NCBI GenBank assembly: GCA_028826165.1
Contig: JAPDFW010000103.1
Coordinates: 248,001 to 312,000 of the forward strand
Source: Anaeramoeba ignava BMAN
Lineage: Eukaryota; Protista; Anaeramoebae
DNA: 64,000 nucleotides
Direction: 5' to 3'
Shown here: positions 35,312 to 49,303 of the stretch, piece after piece
Layout of the letters: every line of letters begins with the position of its first letter
How positions within the stretch are numbered: the stretch's first letter is position 1
Program-made: the position numbers and the translations under genes
Notes under the pieces: generated by a model
What the model was told of the DNA's origin: nothing
The model's database searches: none
What the model saw: the letters and a program-made list of their open reading frames with translations, nothing else

Positions 35312-35700
35312 TTAACCACCATGTAAACTAGATAAAAAAGCAATTCGATCATTTTGTTGAATTTCATAATTTTCTTCATCTAAAAGAGCCCAATCAATTT
35401 CATTAACTAAAACCATAATTCCAGGACGACTAAGAAGATATAAAAGAAAAAATTTTTTAATTAAATTTTTATTTAAATTTTTTATTTAAATTTTTATTTT
35501 AATTTTTTATTTAAATTTTTTATTTACATTTGTAATTCATTTGTCACAAATTCTTCTTGTCTTGATTTCATTAAATTTTCTTTAATCCAAATAATTAAAT
35601 GTTTTAAATGTGTTATTTCTTTTGGAAGTGTTGTTTTAACTTCTTTTTGTTTTTCAACTAAAGCATCTAATCCTCCTAAAAATTCTATTGTAACATTCAT
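35312..35700 (-). CDS. URM1: Ubiquitin-related modifier 1 (absent from the ORF track)
   Basis: [19 protein letters not shown]...[39 protein letters not shown]; one intron at 35430-35527. Confidence 0.95.
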
Positions 35701-35809
35701 TTTGTTTTCTTTTATTTTCTTTTATTTAATTTAAAATGAAAGAAGAAAAAGGAGAAAGAAAGAGAAAAAAAATGAAAAATTGAAAAAGAAAAAAAAATCG
35801 GATAAATAA

Positions 35810-36290
35810 TTTTAATTTTAAATTTGATTTTTAATTTTAATTCTAATTCTAATTTTAATTTTAATTCTAATTTTGATTTTAATTTTAATTTAGATTTTAA
35901 TTTTAATTTTAATTTTAATTTAGATTTTAATTTTAATATTAATTTTAATTTTAATTTTAATTTTAATTTTAATTTTAATTTTAATTTTGATTTTAATTTT
36001 AATTTCAATTTTGATTTTGATTTTAATTTTAATTTTGATTTTTGATTTTAATTTTAATTTTAAATTTTGATTTTAATTTTAATATTGATATTAATTTTAA
36101 TTTTGATTTTAATTTTAATTTTAATTTTAATTTTAATTTTAATTTTTGATTTTAATTTTAATTTTAATTTTAATTTAAATTTTAATTTTGATTTTGATTT
36201 TAATTTTGATTTTAATTTTAATTTTAATTTTAATTTTTGATTTTAATTTTGATTTTAATTTTGATTTTGATTTTAATTTTAATTTTAATT
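35810..36290. repeat. Intergenic (TTTTAA)n hexamer tract
   Basis: Visible array between the URM1 5' end and the stop of the NRK-fusion gene. Confidence 0.9.
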
Positions 36291-36317
36291 CGGATAAAAA
36301 TTATTCCTATTCAAAAA

Positions 36318-39300
36318 TCATTTTTGATCAAGAAAGAATTGTTTGTTAAAACTTCTTTTTTCTTTTCCTGATTTCATTTGAGAAAATAAATCGAAAATAA
36401 GATCTAAGGCTTGTTGCACAACAACAACTTTAGGTAAAGTACCTTCAATTTGATGAATACTTGAATTTTCAATTAAAGGAAGAATAGATTTTTTTCTATA
36501 AGATTCATATTCAGGCCAAAGAAAAAGATGAAAATAAACTTCAGGAACAGTAGTTGTTGACATTCTTCGATTATACATTATATCTTCTGAAATTTCTATC
36601 CAAATTTTAATATCAAAAATTGAATTTAATTCTTCTAATGCAAATAAAAGAAATCCTTCAATAATTAAAATATGCTGCTTTTTTTCTTTCAAATGTATCA
36701 TAACTTGTCGAATTTGTTCCTTCATTTCATCCCATAAAATTGCACCTGGATTTTCCCAATTTCCTTTGTGTTGAAATATCCATTTTCTATCGAAGAAATA
36801 ATCTTGATGAAATGCTTGAGTATTAAAAATCATCTCTAATTTTTTGGCTAATTCTCCTTTTCCACTTCTACTTGCTCCTGAGATTCCAATAACTAAAATG
36901 TCATCATCTTCAAAATCAGGTTTAATATCCTTATTTTTGAATTAAATATTGAATTGAATTGAATTGAATATTGAATTAAATATTGAATTGAATATTGAAT
37001 TAAATATTGGATTGAATATTGAATATTAAATTGAATATTGAATTGAATACTAAATATTGAATTGAATATTGAATTAAATATTGAATTGAATATTGAATTG
37101 AATATTGAATTGAATTGAATATTAAATATTGAATTGAATTAAATTAAATATTAAATTGAATATTGAATTGAATATTGAATATTGAATTAAATATTAAATA
37201 TTGAATTGAATTGAATTAAATATTGAATTGAATATTGAATTAAATATTGAATATTAAATTGAATTAAATATTGAATTGAATTAAATTGAATTAAATATTG
37301 AATTGAATTGAATATTGAATTAAATATTGAATTGAATTGAATATTATTGAATTGAATTGAATTGAATTAAATATTGAGTATTAAATATTGAATATTAAAT
37401 TGAATTAAATATTGAATTGAATTAAATTGAATTAAATATTGAATTGAATTAAATTGAATTGAATATTAAATATTGAATTAAATATTGAATTGAATGGATA
37501 TTGAATTGAATATTGAATTGAATATTGAATTGAATATTGAATTGAATATTAAATTAAATATTGAATATTGAATTGAATTGAATTGAATATTAAATTGAAT
37601 TAAATATTGAATTGAATTAAATTGAATATTGAATTGAATTGAATATTAAATATTGAATCGAATTAAATATTAAATTGAATATTGAATTCAATTTAATTAA
37701 ATATTGAATGGATATTGAATTGAATATTAAATTAAAATATTGAATTAAATATTTGAATATTGAATATTGAATTGAATAAATATTGAATTAAATATTGAAT
37801 TAAATATTGAAGTAAATATTGAATGAATATTGAAAATTTGAATCAAATTGGAATTCAAATATTGAATTGGAAATTGAATATCGAATTGAATATCGAATCG
37901 AATCGAATGAAGTGAATATTGGAATAATAAAATCAAATATTGAATCAAAAAATCATTGAATATTGAATATTGAATTGAATTAAATATTGAATTAAATATT
38001 AAATTAAATATTAAATTGAATATTAAATATTGAATTAAATATTAAATTGAATATTAAATATTGAATTGGATTGAATATCGAATTGAATATTGAATTGAAT
38101 ATTGAATTGAATTGAATTGAATATTGAATTAAATATTGAATTGAATATTGAATTGAATTGAATTGAATTGAATTGAATATTGAATTAAATATTGAATTGA
38201 ATTGAATTGAATATTGAATTGAATATTGAATTAAATATTAAATATTGAATTGAATTTGAAATGGAATATTGAATGAATATTGAATTGAATATTGAATCGA
38301 ATCAAATATTGAATTGAATTCAAATATTGAATCGAATGAATTGGAATCGAATACAAATCGAATATTTAAAATAAAATATTAAATTGAATATTAAAATTGA
38401 ATATTAAATTGAATATTGTATATTAAATTGAATATTAAATATTAAATATTGAATTAAATATTGAATATTGAAATTGAATTTGAATATTGAATTAAATATT
38501 AAATATTGAATTGAATTAAATATTGAATTAAATATTAAATTGAATATTATTGAATTGAATTAAATTGAATTAAATATTGAATATTGAATATTAAATATTG
38601 AATTGAATTAAATATTGAATTCAAATATTGCCAAATATTGAATGAATATTAAATCTTGGTGAATATTAAATATTGAATATTAAATGGGTGAATATTAAAT
38701 ATTAAATATTGAATATTGTATATTGAATTGAATTAAATATTAAATTAAATTGAATCGAATTGAATATTGAATTGAATTGAATTAAATTGAATTGAATTAA
38801 ATATTGAATTGAATATTAAATTAAATATTGAATTAAATATTGAATTGAATATTAAATATTAAATTGAATATTAAATATTGAATTAAATTAAAAATTGATT
38901 GAATATTGAATATTAAATTGAATTGAATATTGAATACTAAATATTGGATTGAATACGAATATTAAATTGAATTGAATTGAATACCAAATATTGAATTGAA
39001 TATTCTAAATATTGAATTGAATATTGAATATTGAATATTGAATATTGAATTGAATTGAATTGAATATTAAATATTGAATTAAATATTAAATTGAATATTG
39101 TATATTAAATTGAATATTGAATTGAATTGAATTAAATTGAATTGAATTGAATTAAATATTGAATTAAATATTGAATTAAATATTGAATTAAATATTGAAT
39201 TGAATATTAAATATTAAATTGAATATTAAATATTAAATTAAATTAAATATTGGATTGAATATTGAATATTAAATTGAATTGAATATTGAATACTAAATAT

Positions 39301-42300
39301 TGAATTGAATATTGAATTGAATTGAATTGAATATTAAATATTGAATTAAATATTAAATTGAATATTGTATATAAATTGAATATTGAATATTGAATATTGA
39401 ATTAAATTCGAATTGAATATTGATTAAATATTGAATTAAATATTGAATTAAATATTGAATTGAATATTGAATTGAATATTGAATTAAATAATTGAATTGA
39501 ATTAAATTGAATATTGAATTGAATATTAAATTGAATTGAATATTGAATTAAATATTGAATTAAATATTGAATTTAAATATTGAATTAAATATTGAATTTA
39601 AATATTAAAATATTGAATTCAAATATTGAATTCAAATATTGATTTTAATATTGAATTAAAATTGAATTAAATATTAAATATTGGAATACTGGAAAATACC
39701 AAATATTAAATTGAATCGAATTGAATCAAATATTGAATATGGAATTGAATATTAAATTAAATATTGGAATTAAATTTTAAATTGAATTGAATTGAATTGA
39801 ATTGAATATTAAATATTGAATTGAATTATAAATAAAAATTTAAAATATTAAAATATTAAAAATTGAATTGAATATTAGTAAATATTGAATTGAATAAAAA
39901 TATTGAATGAAATATTGAATCGAATATTGAATTGAATTAAATATTGAATATTTGGTAAAATTGGTTAAATTAAATATTAATTAAATGAATTAAATATTGA
40001 ATTGAATTAAATATTGAATAAATTGGGAAATGAATATTAAATTGAATTAAATATTGAATTGAATTGAATTGAAAAATATTGAATTAAAAGATTGAATTGA
40101 ATAATGAATTGAATTGAATAAAAATATGAATTGGTGAAAAATATTGGGTAAATATTAAATGAATATTGAAATCGAATTAAATATTGAATTAAATATTGAA
40201 TTAAAATGAAATTGAATCGAATATTGAATATTGAAATTGAATATTGGAATTGAATATTGAATTGAATTCGAAATAAAATTGGTGAATATTGAATTCGAAT
40301 GAATTGAAATATCGAATACGAATTGAATTGGAATATTGAATTGAATTGAATTAAATATTGAATTAAATATTGAATAAATATTGAAATTAAATATTGAATA
40401 CCTGAATATCGGAATTGAATATTGAATTGAATATTGAAATTGAATATTAAATCGAAATTAAATATTGGATTGAATTGAATATTGAATTAAATCGAATATT
40501 GAATTGAATCGAATAAAATTGATGGGAATATTGAATTGAATATTGGAATATTGAATTAAAATTGAATATTGAATCGAATATTAAATTGAATTGAATATTG
40601 ACCGAATTGAATTGGGTGAATATTGAATTGAATATTGTATTGGTGAATATTGAATATTGGATTGAATATTGAATTGAATTGAATATTGAAATTGAATTGA
40701 ATATTGGATTGAATATTGAATTGAATTAAATATTGAATTAAATATTGAATTAAATATTGAATTAAATATTAAATATTAAAATTGAATATTAAATATTGAA
40801 TTAAATATTGAATTAAATATTGAATTAAATATTGAATTGAATTGGAATATTGAATTAAATATTGAATTAAATTGAATATTGAATATTGAATATTGAATTG
40901 AATATTGAATTAAATATTGAATTAAATATTGAATATTGAATATTGAATTAAAATATTGTATATTAAATATTGAATTGAATTGAATTGAATATTAAATATT
41001 GAATTAAATATTGAATTGAATATTGAATATTAAATTAAATATTGAATTGAATATTAAATTGAATATTGAATATTGAATATTGAATATTGAATATTGAATT
41101 GAATTGAATTAAATATTAAATATTGAATTGAATTATTTGTAAATTGAAATATTTTTAAATTGACAAACTTTCACTCTTTCTTCATAATAATTTTTCACAA
41201 AATCTCTTTCTTCAAGTTCAATTTTTTCATAAGTTTGAAATGATTTTGCAGATAAATGAGTAGTAAAAGGAAATGAAAAAAAAGATCCCATTCTTTCAGG
41301 AAAAGAAAACCAAATTTTTTGAAAATAATTTTGAATTTTTGTTTTTTCAAAAATTGATTTGAATGTTAAAGCAATTGATTGAGCAGGTTTTTGAGAAGTA
41401 TGATCAAAAGGATAAATAATAGAATTATGCTTATTTTCAACAGCAACTTTCAAAGCTAAAAGTAATTGTTTTTCATAATTTTTTTGTTGTTTTGGATCTT
41501 TTTTTTTGTTTGTTTATTTTTCCAAAAAATTTTTCCGATTTTAAAATTTTTTTTTCCGATTTTGAATTCTAAATTTTTTATATTTTAAATTTTTACCAAA
41601 TTTCAAAATGCAAACACAAGAAAAATATTCTGGTTTATCAAGAAATGGAAAACCTTGTAATTCTGAACCTCGAATTAACATAACTTTTGGAAAATATATA
41701 ACTGAATTTTTTTTATTAGGAAATTTCAATTTTCTTGAAGGTTCATATTTAAATGGATCAGAAAATAATAAATATAAACTTGATTGACAAAGAATTATTG
41801 CTAAAATTTTAATTTTAAATTTAAATTTAAATTTAAATTTAATTTTAATTTTAATTTTAATTTTGATTTTAATTTTAATTTTGATTTTAATTTTGATTTT
41901 GATTTTAATTTTAATTTTGATTTTGATTTTAATTTTGATTTTAATTTTAATTTACAAAATTGATTTTGAACACTGCAAATAGTTTTTTCACTAAAAAAAA
42001 ATTATATAAAAAAGAAGAAGATTAATTCCAAAAAATAAAAATAAAAATAAAAATAAATAATTCAATTTACTTTAATTTTTCAAAAGGAATTTCTAGAAAA
42101 AGAATTGGATTTAAATCTGTTTGTTTTTTCATATAATTAAGATTTTCTAAAGTATCACCAAGAGAATTATGAATTAAAACTTCATTTTTATTATTTGGAT
42201 TATTTTCGAAAGTAAAATGATGATTTTGAGTATAAATTTGAGTTGATAAAATTTCTTCTTGAAGTTCCGCTTTTGAAATTTCTCTTTTTTGCTTATTTTT

Positions 42301-42699
42301 ACAATGATAATAACCTTGTAAAAATGATTGAAATGTAAAACTCATTGCAATTTTAAGGAGTTTTGAGTTATTATTTTTAACATTTTGATATCTAATTGAA
42401 AATTTAAGCCATTGTTCATGATTAAAAATATATTCAATAAATGGTTTTAATTCTTCTTTTTCAATTTGATTTTCAATTTGATTTTCTTTTTCAATTTGAT
42501 TTTCTTTTTCAATTTGATTTTCTTTTTCTTTTTCTTTTTCAAGTTGTCTTTCAATTTTAATTTGTTTTTCAAGTTGTCTTTGTTGTTCAGTTCCAACTTC
42601 TTTATCATAAATTAAATCTGGTGGAAATTTGTTTTGTTCCTTTTCTAAATTTGGATTCAGTTCAAAGAATTGGTTAAATAAATTTTTTTCTTTTGACAT
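36318..42699 (-). CDS. Fusion: degenerate microbial-type PARG (TIGR02452/DUF2263-like) + nicotinamide riboside kinase-like P-loop kinase
   Basis: Exons 42699-42071, ~41990-41956, ~41800-41597, 41497-41169 and 36929-36318 join in frame via GT-AG. PARG-like VIYFPKVMLIRGSELQGFPFLDKPEYFSCV and ENKHNSII..FQKIWFSF. Kinase ILVIGISGASRSGKG, HQDYFF, ILIIEGFLLF, YFHLFLWPEY. Confidence 0.72.
36935..41135. repeat. 4.2-kb (ATTGA/ATATTGA/ATTAAAT)n satellite filling one intron
   Basis: Continuous degenerate array between donor 41168 and acceptor 36930 (minus strand); noisier patches near 37800 and 39600-40700. Confidence 0.92.
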
Positions 42700-42811
42700 T
42701 TAAAAAAAAAAAAGGAAAAAAATGAATTTAAAAAAAAAAGAAAAACAAAAAATTTTATTCAAAAAATTAAAATTAAAATTAAAATTAATACAAAAATTAA
42801 AATTTGGAAAT

Positions 42812-44831
42812 TTAATTTGAATTTGGATTCATTGCAATTTCTTGATTTGATTTTATTGATTTTGTTTCTGGTTTTTTATTCGAAACTGTAAAAACTTCAC
42901 GTTCTAATTTTTCTCTTTTTGGAATATTTTGTTTATTTAAATCAAATGAATTTATTTTCTCTTCTCCATTAGAAAAAGATTGTAATTGTGATTCAAATTC
43001 AACTTCAACTTCAACTTCAGATTCAGAAACTGTTTCTGGTTGAAATTGAACTCTTTTTTGAAAATATTCATCATCAAGTGAAACTTCTTGTCGATATCCA
43101 ATTAGTAAATAATTCAATGCTTTAAACCATTTATCTCGATTTATTTTAGTTAAACAAGAAATGAAAAATATTCTTGTTGGTGTAAAAATTTGAAGGAATT
43201 TTTCTTCTAACACTTTTTTTATATTTTAATTTTGGATATAATTTATAATTTTATTTATAATTTAATTTATAATTTAATTTATAATTTAATTTATAATTTT
43301 ATTTATATTTTTATTTATAATTTTGAATTTTAATTTTGATTTAATTTATAATTTAATTTATAATTTAATTTTGAATTTAAATTTATAATTTAAATTTATA
43401 ATTTAAATTTATAATTTATTTATAATTTAATTTATAATTTAATTTATAATTTAATTTTGAATTTAATTTATAATTTTATTTATAATTTTATTTATAAATT
43501 AATTTATAATTTTATTTATAATTTAATTTATAATTTTATTTATATTTTTATTTATAATTTAATTTATAATTTTATTTATAATTTTATTTATAATTTTATT
43601 TTTAATTTTATTTATAATTTTATTTATAATTTTATTTATAATTTTAATTTATAATTTTAATTTATAATTTAATTTATAATTTTATTTTATAATTTTATTT
43701 TATTTAATTTATAATTTTAATTTATAATTTAATTTTAATTTTTATTTATAATTTATTTTGAAATTTTGTTATGATTTAATTTAAAATTTGATTTATAATT
43801 TTATTTTTCAATTTTATTTAAAAATTTTATTTATTTTTTATTTTCTTTTTTTATAATTTATTTTATAATTTAATTTAAATTTAATTTATAAAAAAATTTA
43901 TCTTTTTCTTTATAATTTTATTTAAATTTTATTTATAAAAATTTCAATTTATAATTTTCATTTATAATTTTTTTATTTATTTTTATTTATTTATTTATTA
44001 ATTTTATTTATTTTTTTATTTTAATTTATTTAGAAAAGAAAATGAAAAATAAAATTTTTCAAATTGAAAAATTTTTAACAAAAATTTTAAAAATAATTAA
44101 AAATTTTCGAAATTTTTAAAAATAATTTAAAAAATAATTAAAAATTTATAAAGAATTTTTATTTTATTTTTGTTTTTATTTTTAATTTTATTTATAATTT
44201 TTATTTAAATTTTTATTTACAATTTAAATTTATAATTTTATTTAAAATTTAAAACAATTTTAATTCAAAATTTAATTTATAATTTTATTTATAATTTTAT
44301 TTAAAATTTTTTTATAATTTAAATTTATAATTCAAATTTATAATTCAATTTATAATTTTTATTTATAATTTAATTTATAATTTTAATTTATAATTCCATT
44401 TTTTTTATTGCAAAAATTTGATATTTTTCTTTTATAATTTTATTTATAATTTTATTTATAATTTTGTTTATAATTTAATTTATAATTTTATTTATAATTT
44501 TATTTATAATTTTATTTATAATTTAATTTATAATTTTAATTTATAATTTAATTTATAATTTAATTTATAATTTAAATTTGAAAATTGGTATTTGAAATGG
44601 AAATTCGTTTTGAATGTGTTCTGTTTAAAATTATTTACTGCTTATTTTTTCAATATCTGATAAAAAAATTATTCCTCTTGGTTTTTCATTTTCTTTTTTA
44701 GAATATTTAATACAAAATTGATTTGCAACAAAATATCTTTTTCTAAATGATTGAACAATTAAACCTTTTTTCAATAAAAAACCTTCAATATAAATTTTTT
44801 CACCAATTTCAATTCCAATTTCAATTTCCAT
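42812..44831 (-). CDS. PH-domain protein (two exons)
   Basis: IYIEGFLLKKGLIVQSFRKRYFV..KYSKKENEKPRGIIFLSDI is joined by intron 44638-43213 to LQIFTPTRIFFISCLTKINRDKWFKAL. Confidence 0.85.
43230..44575. repeat. (TTTATAATTTAA/TTTATAATTTTA)n ~12-bp satellite in the PH-gene intron
   Basis: Same unit as the V-ATPase E intron 34050-34790; the centre is degenerate. Confidence 0.85.
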
Positions 44832-45057
44832 TTATTTATTTAAAAAAGAAAAGAAAAATGAAAAAAAATGAAAAATTTTCAAATGAAAAAAAAATTTAAC
44901 AAAAAATATAAAAAGAAAAAAATAAATAAAAAATTTTCGAATGAAAAGAAAAAATAACAAAAAAAATAATTAAAAAATATAAAAAGAAAAAAAAAAGAAA
45001 ATCATTTTTTTATTTTTTGTTTTTATTTTTTGTTATTAAATTATTATTATAAAAAAA

Positions 45058-45663
45058 ATGTCAAATTTTGAAACAATTAAATGTGTTGTAATTGGAGATG
45101 AAAAAGTAGGCAAAACAAGTTTAATAATCAAAAGTTCAAGAAAACAATTTCAACCAGAATATATTCCAAAAAAAGCAGATAATTATTCATTATTAACAAA
45201 ATTCAATTCTAAAACAATTCAAATTGGATTTTGGGACACAATTTCAAATGATGAATCTAATAGACTTCGTCCACTTTCTTATGCAAAAACTGATATTTTT
45301 CTTGTTTGTTTTTCTTTGTCATCAAGATCTTCTTTTGAAAATGTTGAATCAAAATGGATTCCAGAAATTAAACTTTATTCTCCTAATGTTCCTTTTATTC
45401 TTGTTGGTACAAAAAAGGATTTGAGAGCAAATCATAATTTTATCCAAAACTTGAAAAATAAAAATCAATTGATTTCTTCAAAACAAGCTAGAAAACTTGC
45501 TAAAAAATTGGATGCTTTTCAATATATTGAAGTTTCTGTTTTGTCTCATCAAAATATTTCAAAAGTTGTTGATGAAACTATTCGTTCTGTTCTTTATCCT
45601 GAATCAAAGAAAAAGAAATCTTTGAGAAAATTAAATGATGAAAAGAAATGTTCAATTTTATAA
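45058..45663 (+). CDS. Atypical Rho/Rac-family small GTPase with CAAX box, intronless
   Basis: IKCVVIGDEKVGKT, RLRPLSY, SFENVESKWIPEI, LVGTKKDLR, Rho insert, polybasic tail and CSIL. Confidence 0.92.
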   Translation: MSNFETIKCVVIGDEKVGKTSLIIKSSRKQFQPEYIPKKADNYSLLTKFNSKTIQIGFWDTISNDESNRLRPLSYAKTDIFLVCFSLSSRSSFENVESKWIPEIKLYSPNVPFILVGTKKDLRANHNFIQNLKNKNQLISSKQARKLAKKLDAFQYIEVSVLSHQNISKVVDETIRSVLYPESKKKKSLRKLNDEKKCSIL

Positions 45664-45759
45664 AAAAACAATTCAAGAAATTAAATTTTTGTTTTTATTT
45701 TGTTTTTATTAAAATTTTTAAAAATAAAACTGTAATTTACACTTAAACTTAAACTTTTC

Positions 45760-46780
45760 ATTTTTATTTCAAAATTTAAATCAATAATATTAAATACTTA
45801 GATTGAAAATTAATTATATTTTATATATTTTATTAATATTTCTTTATTTAAAATAATATAAAATAATTACCAATAATTTAATAAAATTAATAAAATATTT
45901 TAATTAATTTATTCCAAAAATGAAATAAAGAATATTAAATACTTAGATTTAAAATTAATTATATTTTATATATTTTATTAACATTTCTTTATTTAAAATA
46001 ATATAAAATAATTACCAATATTTAAATAAAATTTAATAAAATATTTTAATTAATTTATTTCAAAATTTAAATCAAGAATATTAAATAATTAGATTTAAAA
46101 TTAATTCTATTTTATATATTTTAATTAATATTTCTTTATTTAAAATAATATAAAATTATTCCCAATAATTAAATAAAATTAATAAAATATTTTAATTAAT
46201 TTTATATCAAAATTTAAATCAATATTATTAAATAATTAGATTTGAAAATTAATTATATTTTTATATATTTTTATTAATATTTTTTTATTTAAAATAATTA
46301 AAATTATTACCAATATTTAAATAAAATTAATAAAAATATTTTCATTAATTTATTTCAAAATTTAAATAAAGAATATTAAATACTTAGATTTAAAATTAAT
46401 TCTGTTTTATATATTTAATTAATATTTTTTTTATTTAAAATATATAAAATTTTTACTCCCAATATTTTTAATAAAATTAATAAAATATTTTAATTAATTT
46501 ATAAAAGAAAAATGGAATAAAATAAATATTAAATAATTAAATTTAAATTTAATTTATTTTAATTTATTTTATTAATATATTTTTTATTTAAATTAATATA
46601 AAATAATTACCAATAATTTAATAAAATTAATAAAATATTTTAATTAATTTATTTCAAAAGTGGAATAAAGAATATTAAATAATTAAATTTCAAGTTAATT
46701 CTGTTTATATTTTTATCAACTTTTCTTTATTTTAGAATAATATAAAACTATTCCCAATAATTTAATAAAATTAAAAAGAA
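45760..46780. repeat. ~144-bp minisatellite type 1 (about 7 units), 3' of BTB-TLDc copy 2
   Basis: AATATTAAATACTTAGATT recurs with ~145-bp period; homologous to 23720-23995. Confidence 0.85.
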
Positions 46781-47581
46781 AAATATTTTTAATAAAGATA
46801 TTTATTTAATTTTAATAATATTTAATAATAATTTAATTTAGAATTAATTATATTTTAATTTGATATAATATTTTTATTTATTATATTAATATTTTTGATT
46901 ATTTATTATTCCAATTTTAATCCATAATAAAATATATTAAAAAGTGGAATAAATATTTTAATAAAGATAAATAATTAATTTTAATAATATTTAATAATAA
47001 TTTAAATTAGATTTATTTTAATTTAATTTGATATAATATTTTAATTTATTATATTAATATTTTTAATTATTTATTATTCCAATTTTAATTATAATAAAAT
47101 ATATTAAAAATAAAATTAAAAAATTAAAAAATTTTAAATAAATTGAATTTAACATGATTGAATAAGATAAACTTTCTAAAAATAATTTACTAATTATTCT
47201 ATTTTTGATTTTGATTATAATTTATTAATATTTAAATATTAATTAATAATAAATTTTATTTGATTTTTTTTATTTTATTATTTTAATTAATGAATTTAAA
47301 TTTAATTATTATTAATTTCTATTTTCAATTTTTATTTTTATTTATTATATTAAAAATATTCAATTTTTTAAAATTTATTATTTTTTTTTTTTGGATTATT
47401 TTTTATTAATTAAATTTTTAATAAATATTTTAAATTAAAATTAAATTATTTAAAATTAAATTTGTTTCTTATTTATTATTTTAAAGAAATTAATTTGATT
47501 AAAAGTAAATTAAAATTGAATTAAATTTTGAAAAAAAAAATTAAAAAAAAAAAGTTTGATTTTCTTATTATTAATTAATTT

Positions 47582-49303
47582 TTAAATGAAATAAGTTTCA
47601 ACTTCATCAACAACCCATGAATTATAAGAACCAGCTAAATAACTTTTAGCTTCATTTGTTCCATAAGTAATTCCATTAGGTAGATTATAACTATTACCAA
47701 AATCTGAATAACCAGGTTGTAAATTAGAAGATAAATAAAAATCATTTCCAAAATATGGACCACAACTATTATAGTTTGAATAAATTGCATATTGAGGTGT
47801 TTTAATTGTAAACTTTGCAGGTATTCTATCCCCTTTATCATTTCTTAATGAAAAAATAAATGCATTTGAGTCATTAATGTTTCCTGTATTTCCATTAAAT
47901 CCAACTTGAGTAAAACCTCCAAAAATAAAATTTTGTTTTGTTTTGATAATAACTAATGTTTTTCCTTTCCCATCAACTGCTTTATGCCAATTTTGAGAAT
48001 TAAATCCATCTCTTTTTGCTGAAAATCCTTTTTTCATTTTAGAAAAAAAATCATTATCATTTATCCATTCTTGTAATTTCTTAACATATTCAATATCTTG
48101 AATAATTTCTGAATCTGAAAATGCTTTTCCGAATTCCTTCATTTGTTTTTCATATTCCAAATCTTTTTGATATTGTTCTCCATATTTATCAAAAATAGGT
48201 TTCATATCCTCAACTTCTTTCTTCCATTTCTCTTCAATTTCTTTATTTTTATCTTCAATTTCTTTCTTCCATTTCTCTTCAATTTCAATTTTCATTTGTT
48301 GATTTTCTTTCTCTTTATTCTCAATTTCTTTCTTCCATTTATCTTCAATTTCAATTTTCATTTGTTGATTTTCCTTCTCTTTATCTTCAATTTCTTTCTT
48401 CCATTTCTCTTCAATTTCAATTTTCATTTGTTGATTTTCTTTTTGATTATCTTGAATAACTTTGTTTTGAATATCAACTAAAAAAGATTTAGGAAAAAAA
48501 TCAAATTGTTTTAATTTATCAAAATCTTGTTTTGAAATTGAATCTTTATCAAATAATGAAAAAAAAGAATGAAATAATCTTTTCTTTTCAATTCCCTTTT
48601 CTTTTTCTTTTTCTTTTTCTTTCTTTCCTTTTAATCTTTGATTTCTTTTTTCAATCCAATTATTTAAAAATTGAAAAAAATCAAATTGAAAAATTTCTTT
48701 TTTTTCTTGTTTAAATTGAATAAATTTGATAATTTCTTCTTTAGTTAAATTGAATAAATTTTCATTATTCTGAATTTGGGAAAAATTTTGATTTATTAAT
48801 TCAAAACATTTTATTTCAATTTCATTTGAATTTAAATTTCGATTTTGGAATAAAAATTGGAAAAATTTGAATAATTAATTGAATTTGAAATTTTTTGAAT
48901 AATTTCTTTCAATAAATTTAATTTAAAATAAATTGAAATTTCTAATAATTGAATAAGATTTTCTTGATTCTCAAAAGAAATATTTCCATAATAAATATAA
49001 CTCAAAATTGATTCCATTTCTTTTTTATTAAATTGATTTAAAGAAATAGAAAGAGATTCTTGCCTTAATGATTCATTAAAAAAAGGAGATCTTGAAGATA
49101 AAATTGATTTATGAACTTTAATTTCAAAAGGATTTGATTTATTCTCAACAAAAATTGAAAAATCTTTAAATGAATTTCCATTTAAAAGGTTTGAATAATT
49201 TTTAATTAAATTTTTTGTTACTTTTTTTTCTAAATTTTTCATTTCGTTTTCATTTTGCATTTTGATTTGCATTTTCAATTTGGTTATTATTATTATTATT
49301 CAT
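47582..49303 (-). pseudogene. BTB + coiled-coil + TLDc protein (copy 2), with two 1-nt indels (pseudogene or assembly errors)
   Basis: Near-identical to copy 1 in the BTB region. An extra base at ~49257 and one A fewer at ~48865 split it into ORFs 48832-49278 and 47582-48427. Confidence 0.75.

Noticed and set aside
39600-40700. More complex patches inside the large satellites (also 43700-44450) as hidden exons
   Set aside because: They look like noisy versions of the same repeat, probably low-quality consensus; the flanking exons already join in frame.
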